The position numbers and the translations under genes were made by a program. The notes beneath the pieces are model-generated. The model saw nothing but the letters and a program-made list of their open reading frames with translations, was not told the DNA's origin and did no database searches. DNA of 64,000 bases from Burkholderiales bacterium (GTDB taxonomy: Bacteria; Pseudomonadota; Gammaproteobacteria; Burkholderiales; SG8-41), in assembly GCA_043743335.1 (NCBI GenBank), contig JAYTWR010000193.1, forward strand, positions 32,692-96,691, given 5' to 3'. Below, piece by piece: positions 35,507 through 45,259 of the stretch; the stretch's first letter is position 1, and each line of letters opens with the position of its first letter.

Positions 35507-36997
35507 TTAAGTATCACGCTTGGTTGGCTTTCCGGGCACCGACTCGCTCTCCTCCGCACCCTTTCGCCTGAGCACGTACGCACGCACCAACAGCGTCACG
35601 GCAATCCACAGCCCCAGCAGCGCGAGTGGCGCCACCACCGCCAGCGGCCACAGCACAGCTACTGTCACCAACACCAGTACGACGAGCGCGACCATGGCCA
35701 TGATGCCCGCCTCAGCGGGGCCGAGCACTCGGTGGTTGGTCATGGCTGCGCCGACGGTATTGCTGATGCGCAAGGCGCCTGCCGCCGCACGTGAAGCGCT
35801 GCCACGAAAACGCCCGCGCGCGCCGGAGCGACCGCGCGTGGCGTGCAACACGGCGGGCCGCACACGATTGCGCGCGGACAACACAATTTCCGTGGCATTG
35901 CACAGGTCTTCTTCGTAAGCGGTTTCCATTCGTGCGGCAAAACCAGCGTCTTCAATGGCGACATCCAGTTCGTAGTTGCCGAGCCAGCTTGCGATGTTCA
36001 AATTGGTGGATCCCACCCGCGCCCAGCGCCCGTCGGCCACTGCGGTTTTGGCATGCAGCATGGGGCCATTCCACTCAAACACGCGGATGCCCGCTTCCAG
36101 CAGTGTGCGATATCCCGCACGCGACAAGGTGGAGACCGCCAGCAGATTACTCACGCCAGGCACCAGCAGGCGCACGTCCACGCCATCCAGCGCAGCCGCG
36201 CGCAGCGCCTGCACATAAGGTGCCATGCCGACGTAGTACGCATCGGTCAGCCACAGCGTGCGCGTGGCCATGGCCGCAATCAACTGATCCAGCCGATACA
36301 GACTGGCATAGTTGGGTAAATTGGCCATCACGCGCAGCGTCACGTCGCCGGTGTGCGGCATGGATGCGGGGTCAGCAAAGGCGGCCTCCGGCAACGGCGC
36401 GCCAGTCGCCGCCCACACTTGCGCAAACGCACGCTCGACATCGGCCACCGCCGGCCCGGTGATGGCAATGCCGGTATCGCGCCACGGCGCGACGCCCTTC
36501 GCTGCGTCGCCTTCCCAACGCGAACTCACGCACAGGCCCGATACAAAACCGACTTGGCCGTCCACACTCATCATTTTGCGATGGTCGCGCTGCATCCAGC
36601 CAAACGGGCTACCCAGCGACGGTGGGTTAAAGGTACGCACTTGGCCACCGGCTTCCACCAGCGGTGCCAGCACGGTGTGTGAACCTTGCCCGCAGCCGCC
36701 GACCCAATCGTAAATCACGCGCACGACCACACCGGCTCGTGCGCGCTCCGCCAGCGCAGCCGCAAAACGCTGCCCCACGACATCGTTCGCAATAATGTAG
36801 TTTTCGAAAAAAATCGTGCGTTGCGCACAAGCGATGGCCTCCAACCATGCTGGGTAATTTTCACTAGCGTCTTTCAGTAAACGCACCTGATTACCCGGCA
36901 CCAGCGGTGCCCCCGCCGTACGCGACAACGCCTGCCCGGCCAGCCGGCGCACCGGGCCTTGGGAACGCGGATCAAAGCGGCGAAAATCGTCTGCCAC
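35507..36997 (-). CDS. phospholipase D-family protein (cardiolipin synthase ClsB-like) with C-terminal TM segment
   Basis: Two HKD motifs: DHRKMMSVDG and LHAKTAVADGRWARVGSTNLN. A C-terminal hydrophobic stretch reads MAMVALVVLVLVTVAVLWPLAVV. Confidence 0.8.
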   Translation of the reverse strand: MADDFRRFDPRSQGPVRRLAGQALSRTAGAPLVPGNQVRLLKDASENYPAWLEAIACAQRTIFFENYIIANDVVGQRFAAALAERARAGVVVRVIYDWVGGCGQGSHTVLAPLVEAGGQVRTFNPPSLGSPFGWMQRDHRKMMSVDGQVGFVSGLCVSSRWEGDAAKGVAPWRDTGIAITGPAVADVERAFAQVWAATGAPLPEAAFADPASMPHTGDVTLRVMANLPNYASLYRLDQLIAAMATRTLWLTDAYYVGMAPYVQALRAAALDGVDVRLLVPGVSNLLAVSTLSRAGYRTLLEAGIRVFEWNGPMLHAKTAVADGRWARVGSTNLNIASWLGNYELDVAIEDAGFAARMETAYEEDLCNATEIVLSARNRVRPAVLHATRGRSGARGRFRGSASRAAAGALRISNTVGAAMTNHRVLGPAEAGIMAMVALVVLVLVTVAVLWPLAVVAPLALLGLWIAVTLLVRAYVLRRKGAEESESVPGKPTKRDT

Positions 36998-37041
36998 GGC
37001 TGCAGCCTCCGGCTGTAAACTTGGAAAAGCATTTAGCCACT

Positions 37042-37086
37042 GAGAACATAAAGAACACAGAGAACACAGAGAACACAGAGAACACC
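37042..37086. repeat. 9-bp tandem repeat x5 (GAGAACACA-type), left arm of an imperfect inverted repeat
   Basis: The units are GAGAACATA, AAGAACACA, GAGAACACA, GAGAACACA and GAGAACACC. The inverted partner CGGTGTCCTCTGTGTCTTC lies at 37159-37177. Confidence 0.7.
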
Positions 37087-37209
37087 GTGGGAATTCAGGC
37101 CGTTACCGTGCTTCACCAGTATCACGCAGCCGCATCAGCCAAAGGTAGGGTCTTTCCTCGGTGTCCTCTGTGTCTTCGGTGGCAATGGCCTTTTGGGGGT
37201 AGCGCGCTG

Positions 37210-38667
37210 TTACATCAGCACGATGTCGAACTGTTCCTGGTTGTAAAGACTTTCCACCTGCAGCGAGACCGGCTTGCCGATGTCGTCCGACAGTATTGCG
37301 AGGCTCTGCGACTCCTCGTCAAGAAACATGTCGATCACCTGTTGCGAAGCGAGAATGCGAAATTCGCGCGCGTTGAACTGCCGCGCCTCGCGCATCAGCT
37401 CGCGCAGGATTTGGTAGCAGACGGTCTGCGCGGTTTTAAGTTCGCCGCGTCCCTCGCACACCGGACACGGCTGGCACAACACATGCGCCAGCGATTCCCG
37501 CGTGCGCTTGCGCGTCATTTCCACCAGCCCCAGTTGCGTGAAACCGTTAATGGTCATGCGCGTGCGGTCGCGCGCCAGCGCCTTGCGGAACTCGTTGAGC
37601 ACGGCGTTGCGGTGCTCTTCGGTATCCATATCAATGAAGTCGATAATGATAATGCCGCCCAAGTTGCGCAGCCGCAACTGGCGCGCGATCACCTGCGCCG
37701 CTTCGAGATTGGTTTTGAAAATGGTGTCGTCGAAACTGCGCACGCCGACAAAGCCGCCGGTGTTGACATCCACCGTGGTCAGTGCTTCGGTCTGATCGAT
37801 AATCAAATAGCCGCCTGATTTCAAATCTACGCGGCGCGCCAGCGCTTTTTCGATTTCGCTTTCCACGCCATACAAATCAAACAGCGGTCGTTCACCCTGA
37901 TAACAATTGATGCGATCCGCACTGGTGGGCGTGTAGTCGCGCGCGAATTGCAGCATGGTGGTGTGTATCTCCGGCGTGTCGACCACGATGCGCGTGGTTT
38001 CATCGCCGACAAAATCGCGCAACACGCGCAAGCCCAGATGCAAATCCTGATACAGCACGGTCAAGGCTGGCGCGCTCTGCGCTTTTTCCTGTATGCCGCT
38101 CCAGATTTTGCGCAAATACGCCAAGTCCGACGCTAGCTCGCCCTCGGTTGCCGTCTCCGCCATGGTGCGAATGATGTAACCGCCTTTGTCGCTTTCGGGC
38201 AGCAGCTTTTGCAGCTTTTCACGCAGGTGCGTGCGGTTTTCTTCATCCTCAATACGCTGCGAGATGCCGATGTACGCGTCGTCCTGCGGCAAGTACACGA
38301 GAAAGCGCCCGGCGATGCTGATCTGCGTCGACAACCGCGCACCCTTGGTGCCGAGCGGGTCTTTCACCACCTGCACCACTAGGGTTTGGCCTTCACGCAA
38401 CAGGCTTTCAATCGGCGGCCCACCGCCGCCATTGTGGCGGTTGCCCCAAATGTCCGCCACGTGCAAAAACGCCGCGCGTTCGCCGGCGATATCCACGAAC
38501 GCCGACTGCATGCCCGGCAACACGCGCACCACCTTGCCCATGTACACGTTGCCCACCAGCCCGCGCGCCGAGGTGCGCTCCACATGTAACTCGTGCATCA
38601 CGCCGTTTTCGATGACCGCAACGCGGGTTTCCTGCGGGGTGACGTTGATGAGGATTTCTTCGCTCAT
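37210..38667 (-). CDS. rng: ribonuclease G
   Basis: 485 aa. It has an S1 domain (GNVYMGKVVRVLPGMQSAFVDIG) and the RNase E/G catalytic core (IIIDFIDM). Confidence 0.9.
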   Translation of the reverse strand: MSEEILINVTPQETRVAVIENGVMHELHVERTSARGLVGNVYMGKVVRVLPGMQSAFVDIAGERAAFLHVADIWGNRHNGGGGPPIESLLREGQTLVVQVVKDPLGTKGARLSTQISIAGRFLVYLPQDDAYIGISQRIEDEENRTHLREKLQKLLPESDKGGYIIRTMAETATEGELASDLAYLRKIWSGIQEKAQSAPALTVLYQDLHLGLRVLRDFVGDETTRIVVDTPEIHTTMLQFARDYTPTSADRINCYQGERPLFDLYGVESEIEKALARRVDLKSGGYLIIDQTEALTTVDVNTGGFVGVRSFDDTIFKTNLEAAQVIARQLRLRNLGGIIIIDFIDMDTEEHRNAVLNEFRKALARDRTRMTINGFTQLGLVEMTRKRTRESLAHVLCQPCPVCEGRGELKTAQTVCYQILRELMREARQFNAREFRILASQQVIDMFLDEESQSLAILSDDIGKPVSLQVESLYNQEQFDIVLM

Positions 38668-38672
38668 GTTTT

Positions 38673-39293
38673 TTAATACTCGATGCCGAACAGCGCGAGC
38701 AATTCCGCCGTTTCAAACAACGGCAAACCCATGATGCCGGAGTAGCTGCCGTCGATGCGGGCAATGAACGCTGCCGCACGGCCTTGCACGGCGTAGGCAC
38801 CAGCCTTGTCCAAGGATTCGCCGCTGGCAATATAACGGCGGATTTGCGCAACGTCCAGTTCGCGCAGGCACACTGTGGATACGCTGACACGTGTTTCGAG
38901 CCGTTCGCCGTAAGCCATGGCGACAGCGGTGATCACGCTATGGCTACGGCCTGACAGTGATTTGAGGATGCGTTCGGCGTCGACGGCGTGTTGCGGTTTG
39001 CCGATAATCGCGTCGTCGAGCGCGATGGTGGTGTCAGCCGCCAGCACGGGTTTGATCAGCCCTGTCGCTCGGCGCGACATCACTTCCAGCCCCTTGCGCG
39101 CCTTGGCGGTCGCCACACGCAATGCGTAGTCGCGCGCGGGTTCGTCGCGGCGCGCGGATTCATCGACATCAACCCCGCGCGGCACCGCTTCGCGCAACAG
39201 CAGCAGTTCATGGCCCACGCCGATTTGCCGTAGCAATTCACGGCGACGCGGGCTACGGGATGCGAGGAACAGGTTTTTGTCGGTGACGGGCAT
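38673..39293 (-). CDS. maf: Maf-family nucleoside triphosphate pyrophosphatase
   Basis: The internal ATG at 39293 gives MPVTDKNLFLASRSPRRRELLRQIGV..., followed by GAYAVQG. The ORF-track extension was rejected. Confidence 0.9.
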   Translation of the reverse strand: MPVTDKNLFLASRSPRRRELLRQIGVGHELLLLREAVPRGVDVDESARRDEPARDYALRVATAKARKGLEVMSRRATGLIKPVLAADTTIALDDAIIGKPQHAVDAERILKSLSGRSHSVITAVAMAYGERLETRVSVSTVCLRELDVAQIRRYIASGESLDKAGAYAVQGRAAAFIARIDGSYSGIMGLPLFETAELLALFGIEY

Positions 39294-39328
39294 GGTGTTG
39301 CCTCTATTTCGAATGCGCGAAGACTGTC

Positions 39329-39808
39329 TTACACACGATGATACGGATGATTGTTCAATATCGAAACCGCGCGATATAACTGCTCCGCGAGTAGCACACG
39401 CACGAGGCCATGCGGCAGGGTCAGCGGCGACAGCGACCACAGCCAGTCTGCGCCGGATTTCAGCCGCGCCGCCGTGCCATCGGCACCACCGATCACAAAC
39501 GCCACATCGCGCCCGTCGCCGCGCCAGCGATCGAGCCGCTGCGCGAGTTGTTGCGTGGAAACAGCTTTACCGGTTTCATCGAGCACCACGCTGAGCGCGC
39601 CCTTGGGCAGCGCGGCTTCGATGCGTTGGGCTTCTTTTTCCAGTACGCGGGCGGCGGCGCTGCTGCCCGGTTCGTCGCGCCGCGCCTCGGGCTTGAGTTC
39701 AATGAGATTGAGCGGCATATCACGCGGCATCCGTTTGGCGTACTGGTTAAAGCCGCTATCGAGCCAATCCGGCAGGCGATGCCCTACGGCGACGACACTG
39801 AGCTTCAA
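39329..39808 (-). CDS. rlmH: 23S rRNA (pseudouridine1915-N3)-methyltransferase RlmH
   Basis: A TTG start at 39808 with a GAGGAA SD gives [26 protein letters not shown]..., ending [14 protein letters not shown]. Confidence 0.9.
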   Translation of the reverse strand: MKLSVVAVGHRLPDWLDSGFNQYAKRMPRDMPLNLIELKPEARRDEPGSSAAARVLEKEAQRIEAALPKGALSVVLDETGKAVSTQQLAQRLDRWRGDGRDVAFVIGGADGTAARLKSGADWLWSLSPLTLPHGLVRVLLAEQLYRAVSILNNHPYHRV

Positions 39809-39821
39809 CGCGCGAGGTTCC

Positions 39822-40313
39822 TCAAGACTTGGCAGGCTTCGCGCGCTTGACCTTGGCGCGAGGCGCAGCGGGCTTGGAACGCTTGGGTGGCTTGGCACGC
39901 TTGGAAAGCCGAGTTTTTTTGACCGTTTTCGCTTTGGCTGGCTTGTCTTTGGCAACCTTCTCGACTTTGGGTTCTTTCGCGGCCTTGGGCGGTGGCGCCC
40001 ACAGTTCTTCGAGATTGTAGTAAGCACGAATCGCTGGCTGCATGATGTGCACTACCGTGTCGCCGATATCCACCAGCACCCATTCGCCGGTTTGCTCGCC
40101 TTCGACACCGTAAATTTTGCCGCCGGTGGCTTTCACCTGCTGCTGCACACGATCGGCCAGCGCGCGGCACTGGCGATTGGATTCACCGGTGGCGACGATC
40201 ACCTTGTCGAAGTAGGCCGTCATTTTTTTCACGTCGAAGACTTGGATGTCGCGCGCCTTTACGTCTTCCAGCGCATCAACCGCCGCGCGCGTTATTTTAT
40301 CCAGTCGCATCAT
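39822..40313 (-). CDS. rsfS: ribosomal silencing factor RsfS with Lys/Pro/Ala-rich C-terminal extension
   Basis: The N-terminal ~110 aa are RsfS-like ([15 protein letters not shown]...[24 protein letters not shown]). About 55 basic low-complexity residues follow. Confidence 0.85.
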   Translation of the reverse strand: MMRLDKITRAAVDALEDVKARDIQVFDVKKMTAYFDKVIVATGESNRQCRALADRVQQQVKATGGKIYGVEGEQTGEWVLVDIGDTVVHIMQPAIRAYYNLEELWAPPPKAAKEPKVEKVAKDKPAKAKTVKKTRLSKRAKPPKRSKPAAPRAKVKRAKPAKS

Positions 40314-41008
40314 GATATTTTCTCTCTTAAAAACAAGTAGTTATGATCTATATACTCCAGTACTGCATCGGTAGTGAAGTAGCGCGCACTGCGCTTTGCT
40401 GCGGTGGCCGCGATGGCCGCGCGAATGGCGGTGGCGGAAATATCCAGCGCGGTAATCGGCACGACGGCTATGCGCCCCGCAGGTGACTGGTGCAACGCCG
40501 TGGCTGCGGCTGCGGCTGCGGCTGTGCCAACATCAGCGTCCAAGCGGCGCAGCGCGAATTCTTGTGTGAGCGCGGCATCGCTGAGCTGCGTCAACAGCGC
40601 GCCCGGCCGGTGCGCTACAGCCAGATGCGCGAGGCCGAAAATCTCTTGCCAGCGATGCCAGCGGTGAAAACCGAGAAACGCATCTGCGCCCATGATCAAC
40701 ACCAGCGGCTGCGCTGCGCCGAGCTCGGCGCGCAACGCGGTAAGCGTGTCGAAGCTGTACGACAAACCGTCGCGGCGTGTCTCGCGGTCATCCACGTTAA
40801 ACAGCGGATTGCCCGCCGTGGCGAGCCGCACCATCGCAAGCCGGTGCGCGGCGCTGGTTTCCGGCGTGGCGCGATGCGGCGGCGTACCGCCGGGGATGAA
40901 GCGCACTTCGCTTAAAGCCAGCGACTCCGCGACTTCCTGCGCCAGCCGCAAGTGCCCGTAGTGTACCGGATCGAAAGTACCGCCGAGAATGCCGATGGCG
41001 CCTTGCAA
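40310..41008 (-). CDS. nadD: nicotinate-nucleotide adenylyltransferase
   Basis: Contains GILGGTFDPVHYGHLRLA and ISATAIR. Start is uncertain; a TTG at 41008, 1 nt after the aceF stop, is preferred over the ATG at 41062, which would overlap aceF by 53 nt. Confidence 0.8.
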   Translation of the reverse strand: MQGAIGILGGTFDPVHYGHLRLAQEVAESLALSEVRFIPGGTPPHRATPETSAAHRLAMVRLATAGNPLFNVDDRETRRDGLSYSFDTLTALRAELGAAQPLVLIMGADAFLGFHRWHRWQEIFGLAHLAVAHRPGALLTQLSDAALTQEFALRRLDADVGTAAAAAAATALHQSPAGRIAVVPITALDISATAIRAAIAATAAKRSARYFTTDAVLEYIDHNYLFLREKIS

Positions 41009-41009
41009 A

Positions 41010-42344
41010 TCAGAGCACCAAGCGCCGTATGTCCGCCAGCGTTTGCGAGAGGAACGACACAAATCGCGCGCCTTGGGCGCCGTCGATCACGCGGTGATCG
41101 TACGACAGCGACAGCGGCAACATCAGCCGCGGCTGAAATGCCTTGCCGTCCCACACGGGTTTCATCACCGCTTTACCCACGCCGAGGATCGCCACTTCGG
41201 GCGCGTTGATAATCGGCGTGAACATCGTGCCGCCCAAACCGCCAAGACTGGAAATCGAAAAGCAGCCGCCCTGCACATCCGCCGGGGCGATTTTGCCGCT
41301 GCGCATGCGGTCGCTGACGGTGCCAAGCTCTTGCGCAATTTCCAACAACCCTTTTTTATCCACATCGCGCAGCACTGGCACCACCAAGCCGTTGGGCGTA
41401 TCCACTGCCACACCGATGTGGAAATAATTTTTGAGAATCAGGCTTTCACTATCAGCCGACAACGATGAGTTGAACTCGGGAAACTGCTTCAACGCCACCA
41501 CCGAAGCTTTCATCAAAAAGCCCAGCAGGGTGAACTTGATACCTTTCTTTTGCGCCTCAGCCGATTGCGATTTACGGAAGGCTTCGAGATCGGTGATATC
41601 CGCTTCGTCGTGCTGCGTGACGTGCGGAATACTCACCCAGTTGCGATGCAAAAAACTACCCGAGAGTTTGCGGATGCGCGACAGCGGTTTGCTTTCAATC
41701 GCGCCGAATTTCGCAAAATCCACCTGCGGCATCGGCGGCAGATTCAGGCCCAAGCCACTGCCGGAAGCCCCGGTAGCCTCGCCGCGCGGCTTCGCCAGTT
41801 CACCCTTAACAAACGACTGCACGTCTTCGCGCAAAATGCGGCTCTTGGGGCCGCTACCGGTGACACGCGCGAGAGCAACGCCGAGTTCACGCGCAAACTG
41901 CCGCACCGACGGACTGGCGTGTGCCGTACCGCTGCTGATGGCGGCGGGTACCGACGTGGGTACCGATGCGGGTGCCTGTGTGGGCAGTGCGGCCGATTGC
42001 GCCGGCTTTGCTGCCACAGGCGCGGGTGCTGCAGCGGCAGGCACCGCCACTTTTGCCACCGGTGCGGCAGCCGTCGTCGTCGTTGCCGTCGTTACCGTCG
42101 TTACAATAGGCTCCAGCGTCAATACCAACGTGCCCTTGGAAACCTTGTCGCCGGTTTTCACCATAATGGCTTTGACCACGCCGCCAGCGGGCGAGGGCAC
42201 ATCCATGGTCGCCTTGTCGGACTCCAGCGTCATTAGCGAATCTTCGGCCTTGACGGTATCGCCAGGCTTGACGAACACCTCGATCACCGGAATATTTTTA
42301 TAGTCGCCGATGTCCGGGACGGTTACTTCAATCGCATTGGCCAT
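41010..42344 (-). CDS. aceF: dihydrolipoamide acetyltransferase (pyruvate dehydrogenase E2)
   Basis: 444 aa. It has a single lipoyl domain (TLESDKATMDVPS), an Ala/Pro/Thr linker, a PSBD (SPSVRQFARELGV), and a catalytic domain (LSLSYDHRVIDGA). Confidence 0.95.
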   Translation of the reverse strand: MANAIEVTVPDIGDYKNIPVIEVFVKPGDTVKAEDSLMTLESDKATMDVPSPAGGVVKAIMVKTGDKVSKGTLVLTLEPIVTTVTTATTTTAAAPVAKVAVPAAAAPAPVAAKPAQSAALPTQAPASVPTSVPAAISSGTAHASPSVRQFARELGVALARVTGSGPKSRILREDVQSFVKGELAKPRGEATGASGSGLGLNLPPMPQVDFAKFGAIESKPLSRIRKLSGSFLHRNWVSIPHVTQHDEADITDLEAFRKSQSAEAQKKGIKFTLLGFLMKASVVALKQFPEFNSSLSADSESLILKNYFHIGVAVDTPNGLVVPVLRDVDKKGLLEIAQELGTVSDRMRSGKIAPADVQGGCFSISSLGGLGGTMFTPIINAPEVAILGVGKAVMKPVWDGKAFQPRLMLPLSLSYDHRVIDGAQGARFVSFLSQTLADIRRLVL

Positions 42345-42361
42345 AGTGTGCGCTTAGTTAT

Positions 42362-42380
42362 AACTAATTGATTTTATTGG
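42362..42380 (+). repeat. AT-rich box, 19/19
   Basis: Lies in the aceE-aceF spacer. Confidence 0.8.
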
Positions 42381-42390
42381 GTTTTATTTT

Positions 42391-45087
42391 CTATACGGAC
42401 GTGGGAATGGGTTTTTCAGGATCAATGCCGTAGCGTTGAATGGCTTCCGTCACCTTGGCGCGCGCGATCAATTCCTGATCGGCCAGCGCGTTGAGCGCCG
42501 CCACCGCGACATAATTGCGATCTACTTCAAAGTGCCGCCGCAGCGCACGTCGCGTATCTGAGCGACCAAAGCCATCGGTGCCGAGCACGGCGTAGTGCGG
42601 CGTGGGCAGAAACGCGCGAATCTGATCGGCGTACGCCTTCATGTAATCGGTGGCGGCGATGACCGGCCCGTTGCGATCCTTGAGGCATTGTGCGACGTAC
42701 GATTCGCGCGGCGTGGCTTCGGGATGCAGCGTGTTCCAGCGCTGCGCTTCTAGCCCGTCGCGGCGCAGTTGGTTAAAGCTGGTAACGCTCCAGATATCGG
42801 CGGCGATGCCAAAATCTTTTTCCAACATTTCTGCGCCCGCAATCACCTCGCGCAAAATCGTACCGCTGCCGAGCAACTGCACCCGGAGTTGATCTTTCCG
42901 ACCTTTGCCCGACGCAGCCCCCTCGCGCAGCAAATACATGCCGCGCAGTATGCCCTTCTCCACACCATCGGGCATGGCCGGATGGGTGTAATTTTCGTTC
43001 ATCACGGTAATGTAATAGAACACGTCTTCCTGTTCCTGACACATGCGCCGCAGGCCGTCCTGAATAATCACCGCCAGCTCGTAGGCGTAGGTCGGGTCAT
43101 ACGTCAGGCAGTTGGGAATGGTGGAGGCCATGATGTGACTGTGGCCGTCTTCGTGTTGCAGACCTTCGCCGTTCAGCGTGGTGCGCCCGGCGGTGCCGCC
43201 GAGCAAAAAGCCACGCGCGCGCATGTCGCCGGCCGCCCACGCCAAGTCGCCGATGCGCTGAAAGCCGAACATCGAATAAAAAATATAAAACGGAATCATC
43301 ATCCGCTGGTGCGTGCTGTACGAGGTCGCCGCAGCGATCCACGATGACATCGCGCCTGGCTCGTTGATGCCTTCCTGCAAAATCTGTCCGGTTTTATCTT
43401 CTTTGTAGAACATCAACTGATCGGCGTCTTGCGGCGTGTAAAGCTGGCCCACACTCGAATAAATCCCGAGCTGGCGGAACATGCCTTCCATGCCGAAGGT
43501 GCGCGACTCGTCCGGCACGATCGGCACCACAAATTGACCAAATTTTTTGTCGCGCACCAGCGTGTTGAGTATGCGCACGAACGCCATGGTGGTAGACACC
43601 TCACGGTCATCTGTGCCCTTGAGTTGCGCATCGAATGCCGACAGCGGCGGCGCTTCCAGCGGCTCTGCTTTCCTGCGGCGTGACGGCAACGAGCCGCCCA
43701 TCGCCGCAATGCGGCTGCGCATGTATTGCATTTCCGGCGCGCCTTCCGGCGGACGATAGAACGGCACTTTTTCCAGTTGATCGTCGGGAATCGGCACGCT
43801 GAAGCGATCGCGAAACGCCTTGATCGAGGCGGTGCCCATTTTCTTTTGCTGGTGGGTGATGTTTTGCCCTTCGCCCGCCTCGCCCATGCCGTAACCCTTG
43901 ATGGTTTTGGCGAGGATCACCGTGGGTTGGCCGACATGCTTGGTCGCCGCCGCGTAGGCCGCATACATTTTGTGCGGATCGTGGCCGCCGCGATTGAGGC
44001 GCCAAATTTCTTCGTCAGACATATTCGCCACCATCGCTGCGAGTTCCGGGTATTTGCCGAAGAAATGTTTGCGCACATAAGCGCCGTTTTGCGACTTCAT
44101 GGTCTGGTATTCGCCGTCGACGCACTCTTCCATGCGCTTTAATAGGATGCCGGATTTGTCCTTCATCAGCAGCGGGTCCCAGTTTGAACCCCACACTACT
44201 TTGATGACGTTCCAGCCTGCCCCGCGAAAATCGCCTTCGAGTTCCTGAATAATTTTGCCGTTGCCGCGCACCGGGCCGTCGAGCCGTTGCAAATTGCAGT
44301 TGATGACAAAAATCAGGTTGTCGAGTTTTTCGCGGCCCGCCAGCGAAATCGCACCCAGCGATTCCGGTTCGTCCATTTCGCCGTCGCCCATGAACGCCCA
44401 CACTTTGCGCCCCTGCGCCGGGATGATGCTGCGGTCGCGCAGGTAGCGCATGAAGCGCGCCTGATATATTGCCATCAGCGGCCCCAGTCCCATCGACACC
44501 GTGGGGAACTGCCAGAAATCCGGCATCAGCCACGGATGCGGGTACGACGACAAACCTTTGCCATCCACTTCTTGCCGGAAGCTTTCCAGTTGCGCTTCCG
44601 TAATGCGGCCTTCAAGAAAGGCGCGCGCATACACGCCGGGCGCGGAATGGCCTTGAAAGAAAATCAAGTCGCCGAGATAGTTTTCGTTGGCGGCGCGGAA
44701 AAAATGATTGAACCCCACGTCGTAGAGCGTCGCCGCCGAGGCAAAACTGGCAATGTGCCCGCCCAATTCGCCGGAATCTTTGTTGGCGCGCACCACGGTG
44801 GCCATCGCGTTCCAGCGCACCAGCGAGCGTATGCGATGCTCCATTTCAGGGTCGCCCGGCGAGCGCTCTTCGCGGTCGGCGGGGATGGTATTGATATACG
44901 CCGTGTTGGCGTTGTACGGAATGTACGCGCCTGTCGTCCGAGCGCGCGCCACCAGTTGCTCCAGCAAAAACTGCGCGCGCACCGGGCCTTCATGTGCGAT
45001 CACGGCATCCAGTGCATCCAGCCACTCGCGGGTTTCCTGCGGATCGGCGTCGGGCGCGGCGTTTAGTGATGGGGTGGGGGCGGTCAT
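42391..45087 (-). CDS. aceE: pyruvate dehydrogenase E1 component (homodimeric type)
   Basis: 898 aa with DPQETREWLDAL, GGHIASFASAATLY and the ThDP motif GDGEMDEPES. Confidence 0.95.
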   Translation of the reverse strand: MTAPTPSLNAAPDADPQETREWLDALDAVIAHEGPVRAQFLLEQLVARARTTGAYIPYNANTAYINTIPADREERSPGDPEMEHRIRSLVRWNAMATVVRANKDSGELGGHIASFASAATLYDVGFNHFFRAANENYLGDLIFFQGHSAPGVYARAFLEGRITEAQLESFRQEVDGKGLSSYPHPWLMPDFWQFPTVSMGLGPLMAIYQARFMRYLRDRSIIPAQGRKVWAFMGDGEMDEPESLGAISLAGREKLDNLIFVINCNLQRLDGPVRGNGKIIQELEGDFRGAGWNVIKVVWGSNWDPLLMKDKSGILLKRMEECVDGEYQTMKSQNGAYVRKHFFGKYPELAAMVANMSDEEIWRLNRGGHDPHKMYAAYAAATKHVGQPTVILAKTIKGYGMGEAGEGQNITHQQKKMGTASIKAFRDRFSVPIPDDQLEKVPFYRPPEGAPEMQYMRSRIAAMGGSLPSRRRKAEPLEAPPLSAFDAQLKGTDDREVSTTMAFVRILNTLVRDKKFGQFVVPIVPDESRTFGMEGMFRQLGIYSSVGQLYTPQDADQLMFYKEDKTGQILQEGINEPGAMSSWIAAATSYSTHQRMMIPFYIFYSMFGFQRIGDLAWAAGDMRARGFLLGGTAGRTTLNGEGLQHEDGHSHIMASTIPNCLTYDPTYAYELAVIIQDGLRRMCQEQEDVFYYITVMNENYTHPAMPDGVEKGILRGMYLLREGAASGKGRKDQLRVQLLGSGTILREVIAGAEMLEKDFGIAADIWSVTSFNQLRRDGLEAQRWNTLHPEATPRESYVAQCLKDRNGPVIAATDYMKAYADQIRAFLPTPHYAVLGTDGFGRSDTRRALRRHFEVDRNYVAVAALNALADQELIARAKVTEAIQRYGIDPEKPIPTSV

Positions 45088-45237
45088 GTCGATACGATTA
45101 CCTTTGTAAGGCCGGGTTGGAACTGGCTAGAAGCGGGCCAAGGGCGCGCAAGCCTTGGTGATGCCCTACCCGAGAGCGCCTGAATTATAGCATTCGCGCT
45201 TGTCGTTTCCCTGCGAGAGAAATACGAGATTCTATTG

Positions 45238-45256
45238 TAACTATATGATTTTATTT
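45238..45256 (+). repeat. AT-rich box, 16/19
   Basis: Lies just downstream of the rlpA stop (45260) in the aceE upstream region. Confidence 0.65.
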
Positions 45257-45259
45257 AGT

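Noticed and set aside
37042-37086. Possible CRISPR array
   Set aside because: The units are only 9 bp, directly abutting with no spacers, and no cas genes are nearby. It is a simple tandem repeat.
36907-37818. 303-aa plus-strand ORF containing ENTENTENT
   Set aside because: The repeat peptide is just the translation of the 9-bp tandem DNA repeat. The rest is antisense to rng and has biased Arg/Ala composition.
39351-40340. 329-aa plus-strand ORF across rlmH and rsfS
   Set aside because: It is antisense to two well-supported conserved genes and has a Ser/Arg/Leu-rich shadow-ORF composition.
41431-42303. 290-aa and 228-aa plus-strand ORFs antisense to aceF
   Set aside because: They are shadow ORFs of a highly conserved gene and have no motifs.
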